Shown one piece after another: positions 1 to 11,965 of a DNA stretch of 64,000 nucleotides. The translations under genes were made by a program, and so were the position numbers. Positions within the stretch are counted from its first letter, which is position 1, and each line of letters begins with the position of its first letter. The notes under the pieces were generated by a model that made no database searches, had not been told where the DNA came from, and saw nothing but the letters and a program-made list of their open reading frames with translations. The DNA comes from an uncultured Gemmatimonadales bacterium. GTDB taxonomy: Bacteria; Gemmatimonadota; Gemmatimonadetes; Longimicrobiales; Gaopeijiaceae. The DNA lies in contig CAWGKG010000004.1 of NCBI GenBank assembly GCA_963823035.1, forward strand, positions 384,001 through 448,000, written 5' to 3'.

Positions 1-798
1 GATCACGACGTGCCGCCGGTCTCCCTGCCTGCCGGGCCGGTGGCGGCCCGGGCACGGCTCCATGCCTTCCTGGACGACGGCCTGCCTCGGTACGGTGAGG
101 AGCGGAACCATCCCGACTCGGACGCCGCCAGCGGGTTGAGCCCCTACCTGCACTGGGGGCATCTCTCCGCCCACGAGGCCGTCCACGCGGTGTTGGAGCG
201 CGAGGGTTGGAGCCCGGCGAGGCTGGCCACCCGGGCCGACGGGAAGCGGGAGGGGTGGTGGGGCGTGGGACCGTCCGCGGAGGCCTTCCTCGACGAGCTG
301 GTCACGTGGCGGGAGATCGGCTTCGTCCAATGCTGGCACGTACCCGACCACGAGGAATACGACACCCTTCCCGCGTGGGCGCGGGAGACGCTCGCCGAGC
401 ACGCCGCGGACGCCCGGGAGCACGCCTACACGTACGAGCAGTTCCGCGACGCGGAGACGCACGACGAACTGTGGAACGCCGCCCAGCGTCAGCTCCGGAC
501 GGACGGCGTCATCCACAACTACCTGCGGATGCTCTGGGGCAAGAAGATCCTCGAGTGGACGGAGCACCCCCGCGACGCGCTGCGCATCATGACCGACCTC
601 AACAACCGCTACGCCGTCGACGGGCGGGATCCGAACTCCGTCAGCGGGATCTTCTGGGTGCTGGGCCGTTTCGACCGTGGGTGGCCGGAGCGCGAGGTGT
701 ACGGGAAGGTGCGCTCGATGAGCTCGGTGTCGACGAGGCGGAAGGTACGACTGGTGCGCTACATGGAGCGGTGGGGGAAGGCAAAGAGCGGGGACTGA
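1..798 (+). CDS. phr: Class II CPD photolyase, C-terminal FAD-binding part (5' end outside window)
   Basis: Motifs SGLSPYLHWG, DELWNAAQRQL, HNYLRMLWGKKILEW and DGRDPNS; frame is open to the window edge. Confidence 0.9.
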   Translation, partial: DHDVPPVSLPAGPVAARARLHAFLDDGLPRYGEERNHPDSDAASGLSPYLHWGHLSAHEAVHAVLEREGWSPARLATRADGKREGWWGVGPSAEAFLDELVTWREIGFVQCWHVPDHEEYDTLPAWARETLAEHAADAREHAYTYEQFRDAETHDELWNAAQRQLRTDGVIHNYLRMLWGKKILEWTEHPRDALRIMTDLNNRYAVDGRDPNSVSGIFWVLGRFDRGWPEREVYGKVRSMSSVSTRRKVRLVRYMERWGKAKSGD

Positions 799-826
799 GG
801 CCGACGACCACCGCCTCGGGGCGGCC

Positions 827-2020
827 TCAGCGCTTCCCCAGCTCCTCCAGCGACCTGAGCGCGAAGGCCACGTGCAGCGCCGTGCCGGTCGGCAGCGTGT
901 CCTCGTCCATCTTGAAGCAGGGATGGTGGACGACCCACGTCGATCCGATCGCCTCATTCCTCATCCCGAGCCCGACGAACACCCCGGGCACGTGCTGCAG
1001 GTAGTACGCGAAGTCCTCACCGCCCATCATCGGGGGCGCTTCCAGCACGGCGTCGGCGCCGAGCAGCTCGGCGCCGATCTCCCGGGCGAGACCCCAGCAG
1101 TGCTCGTCGTTCGTGGTGGGCGGATAGTCGTGGCCGGGGAAGTCGACCGTGGCCGTGCAGCGGTTGGCGGCCGCCACGTGGCCGGCGATCTCCGACACGC
1201 GCTCCTGCAGCCAGCGCAGGTCGTCCATGGTGAGCGCCCGCAGCGTGCCGGTGAGGTCGACCTCCTGGGGGATGACGTTGAACGCCTCGCCGCCGCGCAT
1301 CGTGGTGATGCTCACCACGCCGGCGCCGAGCGGGTCGAGCTCTCGCGACACGATGGTCTGGAGCTCGGTCACGATCTTCGCGGCCGTGACCACGGGATCG
1401 ACGTTGAGGTGCGGTGCGGCGGCGTGGCCGCCCCGTCCCGTCACCTTGATGCGCACGCACCCGGCGGCGGCGAGGAACGTCCCGGTGCGGCCGGACAGCG
1501 TCCCGGACGGCGCGAAGGGCCACACGTGGATGCCGAAGGCGCGCTGCACGGTGGGGTTCTCGAGCGCCCCTTCCTTGCACATGCGGTCGCCTCCGGCGCC
1601 GCCCTCCTCGGCCGGCTGGAAGAAGAGCTTAACGGTGCCACGCAGATCGCCCTCGCGCCCCTTCAGCAGCTTGGCCGCGCCGAGCAGCATCGCCGTGTGA
1701 CAGTCGTGGCCGCAGGCGTGCATCTTCCCGTCGACCTCGCTCCGGAAGTCGACGTCGGCCTCCTCGTGGATGGGCAGCGCGTCCATGTCGGCCCGCAGCG
1801 CGACGCAGGGCCCCTCTCCGGTGCCGAGCGTCGCCACCACGCCGGTCTCCGCGACAGGCCACCGGTAGGAGATGCCGAGCTGGTCGAGCGACTCGCGCAC
1901 GAGGCGGCTGGTCTCCACCTCCTCGTACATGAGCTCGGGGTGTCGGTGCAGGCGACGGCGCAGCTCCACGATCCACCCCTGGATGCCCTTCGCCTCGCCC
2001 AGCAGCTCCTGCGCGTTCAT
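827..2020 (-). CDS. M20 family amidohydrolase (hippurate/IAA-amino acid hydrolase-like)
   Basis: [45 protein letters not shown]. Confidence 0.92.
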   Translation of the reverse strand: MNAQELLGEAKGIQGWIVELRRRLHRHPELMYEEVETSRLVRESLDQLGISYRWPVAETGVVATLGTGEGPCVALRADMDALPIHEEADVDFRSEVDGKMHACGHDCHTAMLLGAAKLLKGREGDLRGTVKLFFQPAEEGGAGGDRMCKEGALENPTVQRAFGIHVWPFAPSGTLSGRTGTFLAAAGCVRIKVTGRGGHAAAPHLNVDPVVTAAKIVTELQTIVSRELDPLGAGVVSITTMRGGEAFNVIPQEVDLTGTLRALTMDDLRWLQERVSEIAGHVAAANRCTATVDFPGHDYPPTTNDEHCWGLAREIGAELLGADAVLEAPPMMGGEDFAYYLQHVPGVFVGLGMRNEAIGSTWVVHHPCFKMDEDTLPTGTALHVAFALRSLEELGKR

Positions 2021-2223
2021 CTGGCTCCTCTCTCTGTCGCGTGTCCCGGGGGGCGGGGGCCGGGCCCCCGCAGGCGGGACGCAGGCTAGGGCGGCCCGTC
2101 GGCGGCTGCAAGGCAGTGAAGCTTCCGATTGCGTCCCACCGTAGGTTGTGGAGTATTCCCCCGCGCTGGCACACGGGGCACCGACCGGTTGGCGGACCCC
2201 GCAACCCGCAAGGCGAGAACCCT

Positions 2224-2508
2224 ATGATCGACTGGGACAACGTCGCACCGATGATCGTGGCCGTCGTGCTCATCCTCACGGTCGGCGGCGTGGCCGTGCT
2301 GCGCCCGATCGCGAAGCGCATCAGCGACCTGCTGGAGCTGTACACACGCGACAAGCAGTCGGGGCTCGAGAACGACGTGGCCCAGATCCGGGACCTGGTC
2401 GAGACCATGAACGCCCGGTTGCAGCTCATCGAGGAGCGCCAGGACTTCACCGACCGGCTCCTCACGGGCGACAGGAAGAAGGAGAAGGGGGAGCTTACCA
2501 GTGGCTGA
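2224..2508 (+). CDS. Small membrane protein (one TM helix plus coiled coil)
   Basis: ATG 2224; hydrophobic MIVAVVLILTVGGVAVL followed by helical RLQLIEERQDFTDRLL; overlaps the next gene. Confidence 0.7.
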   Translation: MIDWDNVAPMIVAVVLILTVGGVAVLRPIAKRISDLLELYTRDKQSGLENDVAQIRDLVETMNARLQLIEERQDFTDRLLTGDRKKEKGELTSG

Positions 2509-2938
2509 CATCATCGACTACGAGATCTTCGGCGACGACATGCAGCTCGTGGAGATCGCCCTCGACCCCGGGGAGGGCGTGCGCGCCGAGGCCGGCGCGA
2601 TGATGTACATGGAGGATCGCCTGATCGAGAAGCGCCTGAAGCCGGGCGAGCGGCTGGGCGTCGACACGGGGTGCATCGTCGGCTTCTCGCGCGCCGTGGA
2701 CTACGACATCCAGCTCGTGGGCGGCTTCAAGAACGCGCTCTTCGGCGGCGAGGGTATCTTCGTGGCGACGCTCACCGGCCCGGGCGTGGTCTACCTGCAG
2801 AGCCTCCCCTTCTCGCGGCTGGCCGACCGGATCGTACAGGCGTCGCGGGTGGGGATCCAGCGCCACGTGGGCGAGAAGCCCGGCGTGGCCGGCCTGGGCG
2901 CGAACATCCTGGGAGGGCTGCTGGGCGGAGACCGGTAG
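2501..2938 (+). CDS. AIM24/TIGR00266-family protein, apparently internally shortened
   Basis: N-terminal IDYEIFGDDMQLVEI..EAGAMMYM and C-terminal VDTGCIVGF..LFGGEGIF..GPGVVYLQSLPFSRLA; only 145 aa. Confidence 0.8.
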   Translation: MADIIDYEIFGDDMQLVEIALDPGEGVRAEAGAMMYMEDRLIEKRLKPGERLGVDTGCIVGFSRAVDYDIQLVGGFKNALFGGEGIFVATLTGPGVVYLQSLPFSRLADRIVQASRVGIQRHVGEKPGVAGLGANILGGLLGGDR

Positions 2939-2956
2939 CGGCGGCGCGGTCCGCGC

Positions 2957-3187
2957 TCAGTGGATCGTATCGAGGCGGTGCGTGTTGGCGTTGATCTTGT
3001 CGACCGCGCGCTGTGCGTCGCCGATCTTCGACGCCCCGGGAAGCGGCATCGTCGAGAGGATCGAATCCTTCTGACGTCGCGTCAGCGTGTCCCGGTCCAC
3101 CTTGGCGGTCGCCGCGCCTTCCCCTGCGGTGCGTCCGCACGCCCAGACGCCGAGCACGGCGAGGGCCACCACGATGACGCGTTTCAT
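2957..3187 (-). CDS. Small putative lipoprotein
   Basis: MKRVIVVALAVLGVWAC lipobox-like signal; AGGAG upstream. Confidence 0.7.
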   Translation of the reverse strand: MKRVIVVALAVLGVWACGRTAGEGAATAKVDRDTLTRRQKDSILSTMPLPGASKIGDAQRAVDKINANTHRLDTIH

Positions 3188-3306
3188 GCGCTCTCTCCTG
3201 CAGGGGCGGGTGCATCGGGACGCTCTTTCCACTGTTGCCGAAGGGGGTCCCCGACGCAAGTTGCCCGGAATCGACCCCGCCGACGTCCTCACGCCCCGAG
3301 GAGCCC

Positions 3307-5043
3307 ATGAACACTCGACATGCCGCCCTCGCGCTCGCCACCGCGCTCGCCGTGGCCGCCTGTGCGCCGCCCGCGGACCGCATCACCGTGGAGGTGACGT
3401 ATCCGGACACGTCGAGCACGGGCCCGCTCGACGGGCGGCTCCTTCTCCTCCTGTCGACGAATCCGGAAGGGGAGCCGCGCACGCAGGTCACGTACGGGGT
3501 CGGGGCGCAGCCGATCTTCGGCGTGGACGTGGACGGTTGGGCTGCGGGGGTCACGGCCACCTTCGCGGACTCGGTCTTCGGATTTCCGGTGCACCGTCTC
3601 GGGGACCTCCCGGCGGGCACGTACCGCGCGCAGGCTCTCCTGAACCGTTACGAGACGTTCCATCGCGCGGACGGGAAGATCGTGAAGCTGCCGCCCGACC
3701 GCGGCGAGGGGCAGCAGTTCGCGAGCAAGCCGGGCAACCTCTACAGCACGCCGGTGACGTTCACCGTCGGCGGGCCGGATACGGAGAACCGCCTCGACCT
3801 GGTCCTCGACCACACCATCGCCCCGGTGGCGGACTTCGCCGCCAAGGAGACGAAGTGGGTGAAGTACGTCCGTATCCGCTCGGATCTCCTGTCCGACTTC
3901 TGGGGAACGGACATGTACGTGGGCGCATGGGTGCTGCTGCCCGCCGGCTTCGACGAGCACCCGGAGGCGCGCTACCCGCTGGCGATCTTCCACGGGCACT
4001 TCCCCTCCTTCTTCGACGCGTGGCGCACCGAGCCCGCCGACACCACCACGCCGTGCGTATACTCCGAGCGCTTCCGGGTGGACTGTTACAACCACACGCT
4101 CGATCAGGGGAACTACCAGGTCTACAAGGACTGGACGTCGCCGGGCTTCCCGCGACACCTGGTCGTCGAGATCCAGCACCCGACGCAGTACTACGACGAC
4201 TCCTACGCCGTGAACTCGGCGGCGCAGGGCCCGTGGGGCGACGCGATCATGCAGGAGCTGATCCCGGAGATCGAGCGCCGCTACCGGGGCATCGGCGAGG
4301 GGTGGGCGCGCTTCACGTACGGAGGCTCCACGGGCGGGTGGGAGGCCATGGCCGTGCAGGTGTTCTACCCGGACGACTTCAACGGCGCCTGGATCGCTTG
4401 TCCCGACCCGATCGACTTCCGTGCCTACGGCACCGTGAACGTCTACGAGGACCGGAACGCCTACCACCTGGACGAGCCCTTCAAGCGCACCCCGCGCCCG
4501 GCCGCACGCGACTGGCTCGGGCACATCAGCGCGACGGTCGAGGAGGCCAACCAGTGGGAGCTGGTGGTGGGCACCCATTCGCGCTCGGGCGGGCAGTGGG
4601 ACATCTGGGAGGCCACGTTCTCGCCGACGGACTCGCTCGGCTACCCGGCGCGCATCTGGGACAAGATGACCGGCGGGATCGACCCGACGGTGGCGGCCTA
4701 CTGGCAGGACAACTACGACCTGGTGCACATCCTGCAACGTGACTGGAAGTCGCTCGGGCCGAAGCTCGTGGGCAAGCTGCACATCTACGCCGGGGACATG
4801 GACAACCTCTACCTCAACGACGCAGCCTACCTGGCCCAGGACTTCCTGGAGTCCACGACCGACCCCTACTACGACGGTGAGGTGGACTTCGGCGACCGGG
4901 CGGAGCACTGCTGGAACGGAGACCACACCCGTCCGAACGCGCTCTCCCGGCTGCGCTACATCCAGATGTTCGCGCCCCGCATGGTCGACCGGATGATGAA
5001 GAACCACCCGCCGGGCGCCGACCTCTCGAGCTGGCGCTATTGA
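3307..5043 (+). CDS. Putative esterase / alpha-beta hydrolase lipoprotein (paralog 1)
   Basis: Lipobox LAVAAC; nucleophile elbow GGSTGG; GAGGAG RBS. Confidence 0.8.
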   Translation: MNTRHAALALATALAVAACAPPADRITVEVTYPDTSSTGPLDGRLLLLLSTNPEGEPRTQVTYGVGAQPIFGVDVDGWAAGVTATFADSVFGFPVHRLGDLPAGTYRAQALLNRYETFHRADGKIVKLPPDRGEGQQFASKPGNLYSTPVTFTVGGPDTENRLDLVLDHTIAPVADFAAKETKWVKYVRIRSDLLSDFWGTDMYVGAWVLLPAGFDEHPEARYPLAIFHGHFPSFFDAWRTEPADTTTPCVYSERFRVDCYNHTLDQGNYQVYKDWTSPGFPRHLVVEIQHPTQYYDDSYAVNSAAQGPWGDAIMQELIPEIERRYRGIGEGWARFTYGGSTGGWEAMAVQVFYPDDFNGAWIACPDPIDFRAYGTVNVYEDRNAYHLDEPFKRTPRPAARDWLGHISATVEEANQWELVVGTHSRSGGQWDIWEATFSPTDSLGYPARIWDKMTGGIDPTVAAYWQDNYDLVHILQRDWKSLGPKLVGKLHIYAGDMDNLYLNDAAYLAQDFLESTTDPYYDGEVDFGDRAEHCWNGDHTRPNALSRLRYIQMFAPRMVDRMMKNHPPGADLSSWRY

Positions 5044-5402
5044 TGGAGGCGTGCGTCGTCAACATCGGTCCGGCTCAACGCCGGCTGCGGTCCCGCCTCG
5101 GGGTTGCCGCCCTCGCGGTCGCGGTGGTGGCGGGCGTGGGCACGGCGGCGCTCGGCGTGGCTACGTCGCTCCGGGCCGTGCTCGTGCTTCCGCTCCTCTT
5201 CGGCGGCTTCCAGGGGCTGATCCAGGCCCGCGAGAAGACCTGAGTGGGGCTCGCTTCGCGCGGTCTGCGTGACCTCGGGCAGGGCCTGGAGCCCATCACC
5301 GACCCGCACGAGCGCGCGGCGGTGCGAGCCCAGGCCATGGGCGTGACGGGGAAGAGCCTGGCGGCCGCGCTCGTCGTGGGGGCACTCCTCCTGTCGCTCT
5401 GA
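5043..5402 (+). CDS. Small membrane protein with in-frame TGA at codon 67; candidate selenoprotein (119 aa)
   Basis: ATG overlaps the upstream stop (TGATG); frame continues for 52 codons after TGA 5241-5243 to a hydrophobic C-terminus; SECIS-like hairpin downstream of the TGA. Confidence 0.75.
5244..5276 (+). promoter_or_regulatory. Bacterial SECIS-like stem-loop
   Basis: Stem TCGCGC/GCGTGA (5256-5261 with 5267-5272) closing loop GGTCT, 18 nt after the TGA; resembles the apical GCAGGUCUGC of the E. coli fdhF SECIS. Confidence 0.7.
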
Positions 5403-5556
5403 TCCGAACGGCGTCGGTCTCGTCGGCGAGCCAGGCCTGGAGCTCGAGCTCCAGGTGGTGGGTTTCGGCCCTCCTTCCCCTGCTTGCCCGGACTCCCGGG
5501 GCGTCCGAAGTTGCCGGGACGACCCTCCGCGACACCGTGCTTCGCCCGGGGACCCC

Positions 5557-8502
5557 ATGAACGTCCGGCTCGACCTTCGCACCCCGGCCATCCTCCTCGG
5601 GGTGGCCTGCTCGATCTCCCTCTCCCTCCCCGCCACCGCCCACGCCCAGGCGGTCGACCCCGCGCTCACGCAAGGGCTGGTCTGGCGCTCGATCGGACCG
5701 CACCGCGGCGGGCGCACGAAGGCCGTGGTGGGCGTGCCCGAGCGGCCGGGGCTGTTCTACGTGGGCTTCGTGAACGGGGGCGTGTGGAAGACCACGGACT
5801 ACGGGCGGGTGTGGACGCCGATCTTCGACGACCAGCCCACCGGCTCGATCGGTGCGATCGCCGTTGCGCCCTCCGATCCGGACGTGATCTACGTGGGGAG
5901 CGGGGAGGGGATGCAGCGCCCCGACCTCACCACGGGCGACGGCATCTACCGTTCCCCGGACGCGGGGGAGACGTGGACGCACCTGGGGCTGCGCGACGGC
6001 CAGCAGATCCCGCAGATCGAGGTGGATCCGCGCGATCCGGACCGCATCTTCGTGGCCGTGCTGGGCCACCCGTATGGTCCGAACGAGGAGCGGGGCGTCT
6101 TCCGCTCCACGGACGGGGGGCGCACGTACGAGAAGGTCCTCTACCGCGGCCCGACCGTAGGCGCGGCCGACGTGGCGCTGGATCCGAGGAACCCGGACGT
6201 GGTCTATGCCGACCTGTGGGAGGCGCAGGAGGGCCCGTGGGAGAACGGGAAGTTCACGGGGCCGGGGAGCGGCGTTTTCAAGTCCACGGACGGCGGTACC
6301 ACGTGGCGGCGGATCGGGACCGGCCTCCCCACGGGGGAGGAGGGGCTGGGGCGCGTGGGCATCGGCATCGCGCCGAGCGACCCGACGCGCATCTACGCGA
6401 TCGCCGCCACGCCCTCGGAGCGGGGCGGTGTGTACCGGAGCGACGACGCGGGGGAGACGTTCCGCCGCATCAACACGGATTCGCGCCTGTGGGGCCGCGA
6501 GGGCGACTTCCACGAGGTGAGGGTCGACCCGACCGATCCGGACATCCTCTACGTCGCGAACGTGGTGACGTGGAAGTCCACGGACGGGGGGAACACCTTC
6601 GAGGCGTTCCGCGGCGCCCCGGGCGGTGACGACTACCAGCGCGTGTGGATCGATCCGACCAACCCACGCGTGATCGCGCTCGCCGCCGACCAGGGCGTGG
6701 TGATCACCGTGAACGGCGGCGAGACGTTCGGCTCGTGGTACAACCAGCCGACGGCGCAGTTCTACCACGTCAGCACGGACAACGCCTTCCCGTACCGGGT
6801 GTGCGGCGGACAGCAGGAGAGCGGGTCCGCCTGCGTGCTGAGCCGGAGCGACGACGGCCAGATCACCTTCCATGACTGGCATCCGGTGGGCGTGGAGGAG
6901 TACGGCTACGTCGCGCCCGATCCGCTCGACCCGGACATCGTCTACGGGGGGAAGGTCACCCGCTTCGACCGGCGCACCGGCGACGTCCAGAACGTGGGCC
7001 CCCGCCCCCTGCGCACCGACGACTACTTCACCGTGCGCACACAGCCGGTGCTCTTCGCACCGACCGACCCGCACACGATGTACTACGCGGCCAACACGCT
7101 GTGGAAGACGACGGACGGGGCGCGCACGTGGGAGCAGATCTCCCCCGACCTGACGCGAACGGACTCGTTGATGCCGGCGAGCATCGAGCCCTGGAAGGAC
7201 GCCCCCGACGCGACGCGCCACCACCGTGGGGTGATCTACACGGTGGCCCCGTCCTACGTGAACGGTGATTGGATCTGGGTGGGCACGGACGACGGCCTGA
7301 TCCAGCTGACGCGCGACGGCGGCAGGACGTGGAAGGACGTGACGCCAGGCCAGATCCGCGACCGCGCCTGGAGCAAGGTCTCGATCATGGACGCGTCGCA
7401 CACGGACACGCTCACGGCCTACGCGGCCGTGAACACCTTCCGCGTGGACGACCTGCGCCCGCACCTGTACGTGACGCACGACGGCGGCACGAGCTGGATG
7501 GAGATCGTGAACGGCATCGCCGAAGGCACGATCACGAATACGATCAAGGAGGACCCGGTGCGCGCGGGGCTCCTGTTCGCGGGCACGGAGCGGCAGGTGT
7601 GGTTCAGCATCGACGACGGGGCGGACTGGCAGTCGCTGCGTCTCAACATGCCGGCGACGTCGATCCGCGACCTGGTGATCAAGGACAACGACCTGGTGGT
7701 CGGCACGCACGGCCGCGGCTTCTGGATCCTCGACGACATCTCCGCGCTGCGACAGATCGACGCCGCCACGTCCTCGCAGGCGGCAAGCCTCTTCGCGCCC
7801 GGCGACGCCGTCCGTTTCCGCTGGAACCGGTGGACGGACACGCCGCTACCGCCCGACGAGCCGGCCGGGCAGAACCCGCCGGACGGCGCCATCCTCTACT
7901 ACTGGCTGGGAGCTGCTCCGAAGGGGCCCGTGACGCTCGAGATCCTGGACGAGGACGGCCGGAGCGTGCGCGTCTTCTCCAGCGACGACGAGCCGGAGCC
8001 CATGCTGGAGGGCCAGCAGGTGCCGCCGCACTGGGTGCGCCCGCCCGGCCGACTGTCCGCGGAGCCGGGTATGCACCGCTTTGTGTGGGACCTGCGTTAC
8101 GAGCGGCCCATAGGGATGCGGCGCGGGTATCCGATCTCGGCGATCGAGGGCTACACCCCCGCAGAGCCGCGCGGACCGATCGCCCGGCCCGGTGACTACG
8201 TCGTGCGTCTCCGGGTCGACGGAAGGGTGGCGAGCCAGTCCCTGCACGTGGAGATGGATCCCCGCGTCGACACGTCGCCCGCCGCGCTCCAGCAGCAGTG
8301 GGAGCTCTCCATGCACATCAAGGAGGTGCTCGACCGGAGGAACGAGCCGGCTGCCGATTCCCCGCGGCTGCGGACGATCTTCGCGGAGCTCGAGTCGCTC
8401 TACAGGATCCTGCAGGGTAGCGACCAGGCGCCCAGCCTCGGCACGATCGCGCTGGTGAACCAGCGCGTGGCGGCCGCGGAGCGGCTGTTGCCGCCGAGGT
8501 AG
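5557..8502 (+). CDS. Secreted Vps10/sortilin-like BNR-repeat beta-propeller protein (glycosyl hydrolase-like)
   Basis: Signal peptide; WRSIGPHRGGR; repeated S/T-x-D-G-G-x-T-W Asp boxes; GTHGRGFWILDD. Confidence 0.88.
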   Translation: MNVRLDLRTPAILLGVACSISLSLPATAHAQAVDPALTQGLVWRSIGPHRGGRTKAVVGVPERPGLFYVGFVNGGVWKTTDYGRVWTPIFDDQPTGSIGAIAVAPSDPDVIYVGSGEGMQRPDLTTGDGIYRSPDAGETWTHLGLRDGQQIPQIEVDPRDPDRIFVAVLGHPYGPNEERGVFRSTDGGRTYEKVLYRGPTVGAADVALDPRNPDVVYADLWEAQEGPWENGKFTGPGSGVFKSTDGGTTWRRIGTGLPTGEEGLGRVGIGIAPSDPTRIYAIAATPSERGGVYRSDDAGETFRRINTDSRLWGREGDFHEVRVDPTDPDILYVANVVTWKSTDGGNTFEAFRGAPGGDDYQRVWIDPTNPRVIALAADQGVVITVNGGETFGSWYNQPTAQFYHVSTDNAFPYRVCGGQQESGSACVLSRSDDGQITFHDWHPVGVEEYGYVAPDPLDPDIVYGGKVTRFDRRTGDVQNVGPRPLRTDDYFTVRTQPVLFAPTDPHTMYYAANTLWKTTDGARTWEQISPDLTRTDSLMPASIEPWKDAPDATRHHRGVIYTVAPSYVNGDWIWVGTDDGLIQLTRDGGRTWKDVTPGQIRDRAWSKVSIMDASHTDTLTAYAAVNTFRVDDLRPHLYVTHDGGTSWMEIVNGIAEGTITNTIKEDPVRAGLLFAGTERQVWFSIDDGADWQSLRLNMPATSIRDLVIKDNDLVVGTHGRGFWILDDISALRQIDAATSSQAASLFAPGDAVRFRWNRWTDTPLPPDEPAGQNPPDGAILYYWLGAAPKGPVTLEILDEDGRSVRVFSSDDEPEPMLEGQQVPPHWVRPPGRLSAEPGMHRFVWDLRYERPIGMRRGYPISAIEGYTPAEPRGPIARPGDYVVRLRVDGRVASQSLHVEMDPRVDTSPAALQQQWELSMHIKEVLDRRNEPAADSPRLRTIFAELESLYRILQGSDQAPSLGTIALVNQRVAAAERLLPPR

Positions 8503-8663
8503 CCGGACCGCCGCGATGGCCATCGACCGCACGTCCAACTGCGAGACCCGACCCGAGCAGGTGGCCCTCGGTCCGAGCCGCATCGCCATACTGACGGCGG
8601 ACTTCGAGGAGCGGATGTCGGCCGGATCGATGGGCTGCGTCGTCTTCTTCCGCTGAGGGGCGT

Positions 8664-9446
8664 GTGGGCGAAGCGCCTCCGTTCCTCTACGTCGAGCTGG
8701 CCCCCGCGCCGGCGCTGGCGCGCTTCGCGCAGGCGTACTGGGCGTTCGAGGTGCGAGGGCGGAGCCCGATTGCCCGCCACACGGTGTGGCCCGACGGCTG
8801 CCTCTCGTTCGTGTGTCGCTGGCGCTCGGGGGAAGACGTGCTGGTCGCGTTCAGCGGCCCACGCATCGACCCGATCCACGTCCCGGTGCGCGAAGGCGAC
8901 CGCTTCCGCGGTGTGCGCCTGCGGCCCTTCGCCCTCGGCCCCCTGCTGGGGGTGGATCCGCGATCCGTCAGGGACCGGGGCGGCTCCGCTGCGGACCTCC
9001 TGCCCGGCGCGTCGTCGCTGGCGGCCGCCACCGCAGACGCGGAGGAGGCGTTCGACGCGCTCGAGGCGCGCCTCCTGGAGCGCGCCGAGCGTGCGCCGGA
9101 TGCCGATCCGGTGGTGCGGCGCGCGGTGGAGGAGATCGAGGCGGCCGGGGGCACGCGTCCCATCCACGCGGTCGCGGGCCGCGTGGGCCTGGGCGGCCGG
9201 CAGTTGAGGCGCCGGTTCAGGGCGGCCACCGGGCTGAGCCCGAAGGAGTACGCGCGGGTCCGCCGACTCCGGACGATGGCCGGCGAGCGGATCATGGCGG
9301 GAGGGGAGTGGTCGGCACTCGCCGCGCGCTTCGGGTACGCGGACCAGGCGCACCTCGTCCGCGAGTGCGCGCGCATGACGGGGCTCACCCCCACGGCCTT
9401 CGAGCGCCGTCTGCGCCTCATCGAGCATCGCGACGTCGAGCCGTGA
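8664..9446 (+). CDS. AraC-family transcriptional regulator
   Basis: N-terminal VWPDGC; C-terminal RQLRRRFRAATGLSPKEY..GYADQAHLVRE. Confidence 0.88.
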   Translation: MGEAPPFLYVELAPAPALARFAQAYWAFEVRGRSPIARHTVWPDGCLSFVCRWRSGEDVLVAFSGPRIDPIHVPVREGDRFRGVRLRPFALGPLLGVDPRSVRDRGGSAADLLPGASSLAAATADAEEAFDALEARLLERAERAPDADPVVRRAVEEIEAAGGTRPIHAVAGRVGLGGRQLRRRFRAATGLSPKEYARVRRLRTMAGERIMAGGEWSALAARFGYADQAHLVRECARMTGLTPTAFERRLRLIEHRDVEP

Positions 9447-9516
9447 CCGTTTTCCTCAAGACGGGTCGTGCCCGCCGGCCGTACCTTCGGAACCGACCCC
9501 CACCGGAGGATCTCCC

Positions 9517-10077
9517 ATGCCGACCCACCGTCGTTTCGTGTCGTCCGCCCTCGCCCTGCTCCTCGGCGCGGCCCCGGTGAGCGCCCGGCAGGCAGGCCCG
9601 GCCGGCGCGCAGGAGATGCGGCGGCTCGCGCCCCTGGTGGGCGAGTGGGAGGGCACGGGGTGGGTCGACGCGGGCCCGAACGGCCGCCAGTCCTTCAGCG
9701 TGCACGAGTCGGCCCGATGGGCCGCCGGCGGCTCGGTGCTGGTCCTCGAGGGGCTCGGCACGCAGAAGCTGGACGACGGCACGGAGCGGGCGGTGCACCA
9801 GGCCTTGGGCGTCGTGAGCTGGGATGCCGGAGCCGCGGCGTTCAGCATGCACGCCTACCGCGCGGGTGGCGGTGAGGTGAGTGACGCGCCGACCGTCCGC
9901 GACGGTGGGCTGGTGTGGGGCTTCGAGGACCCGCGCGCCGGCCGGATCCGCTTCACGCTCGACATCGACGAGCACGAATGGCACGAGGTTGGGGCGCGCT
10001 CCGTGGACGGAGCGACCTGGGAGCCGTTCCTCGAGATGCGTCTCGAGCGCGTCGGGGGGACCTCGCCGGGCTCCTGA
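9517..10077 (+). CDS. Secreted protein (DUF1579-like beta-barrel)
   Basis: Signal peptide; LAPLVGEWEGTGW, WHEVG..SVDGATWEPFLEM; GGAGG RBS. Confidence 0.7.
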   Translation: MPTHRRFVSSALALLLGAAPVSARQAGPAGAQEMRRLAPLVGEWEGTGWVDAGPNGRQSFSVHESARWAAGGSVLVLEGLGTQKLDDGTERAVHQALGVVSWDAGAAAFSMHAYRAGGGEVSDAPTVRDGGLVWGFEDPRAGRIRFTLDIDEHEWHEVGARSVDGATWEPFLEMRLERVGGTSPGS

Positions 10078-10171
10078 CGCCGGCCGGCGCCTCCCCGCCG
10101 TCGGAGGATGGCGGCGCGGACGGCCATGACGTAGGCTGCGGAGCCGGACTCCCTCTCTGCCGAGGCTTCCG

Positions 10172-11917
<1,746 letters not shown>

Positions 11918-11965
11918 GCCGATGAGGAGGAGCGGGTGACGCTCCGACGACACGGAGGTGGGGCC

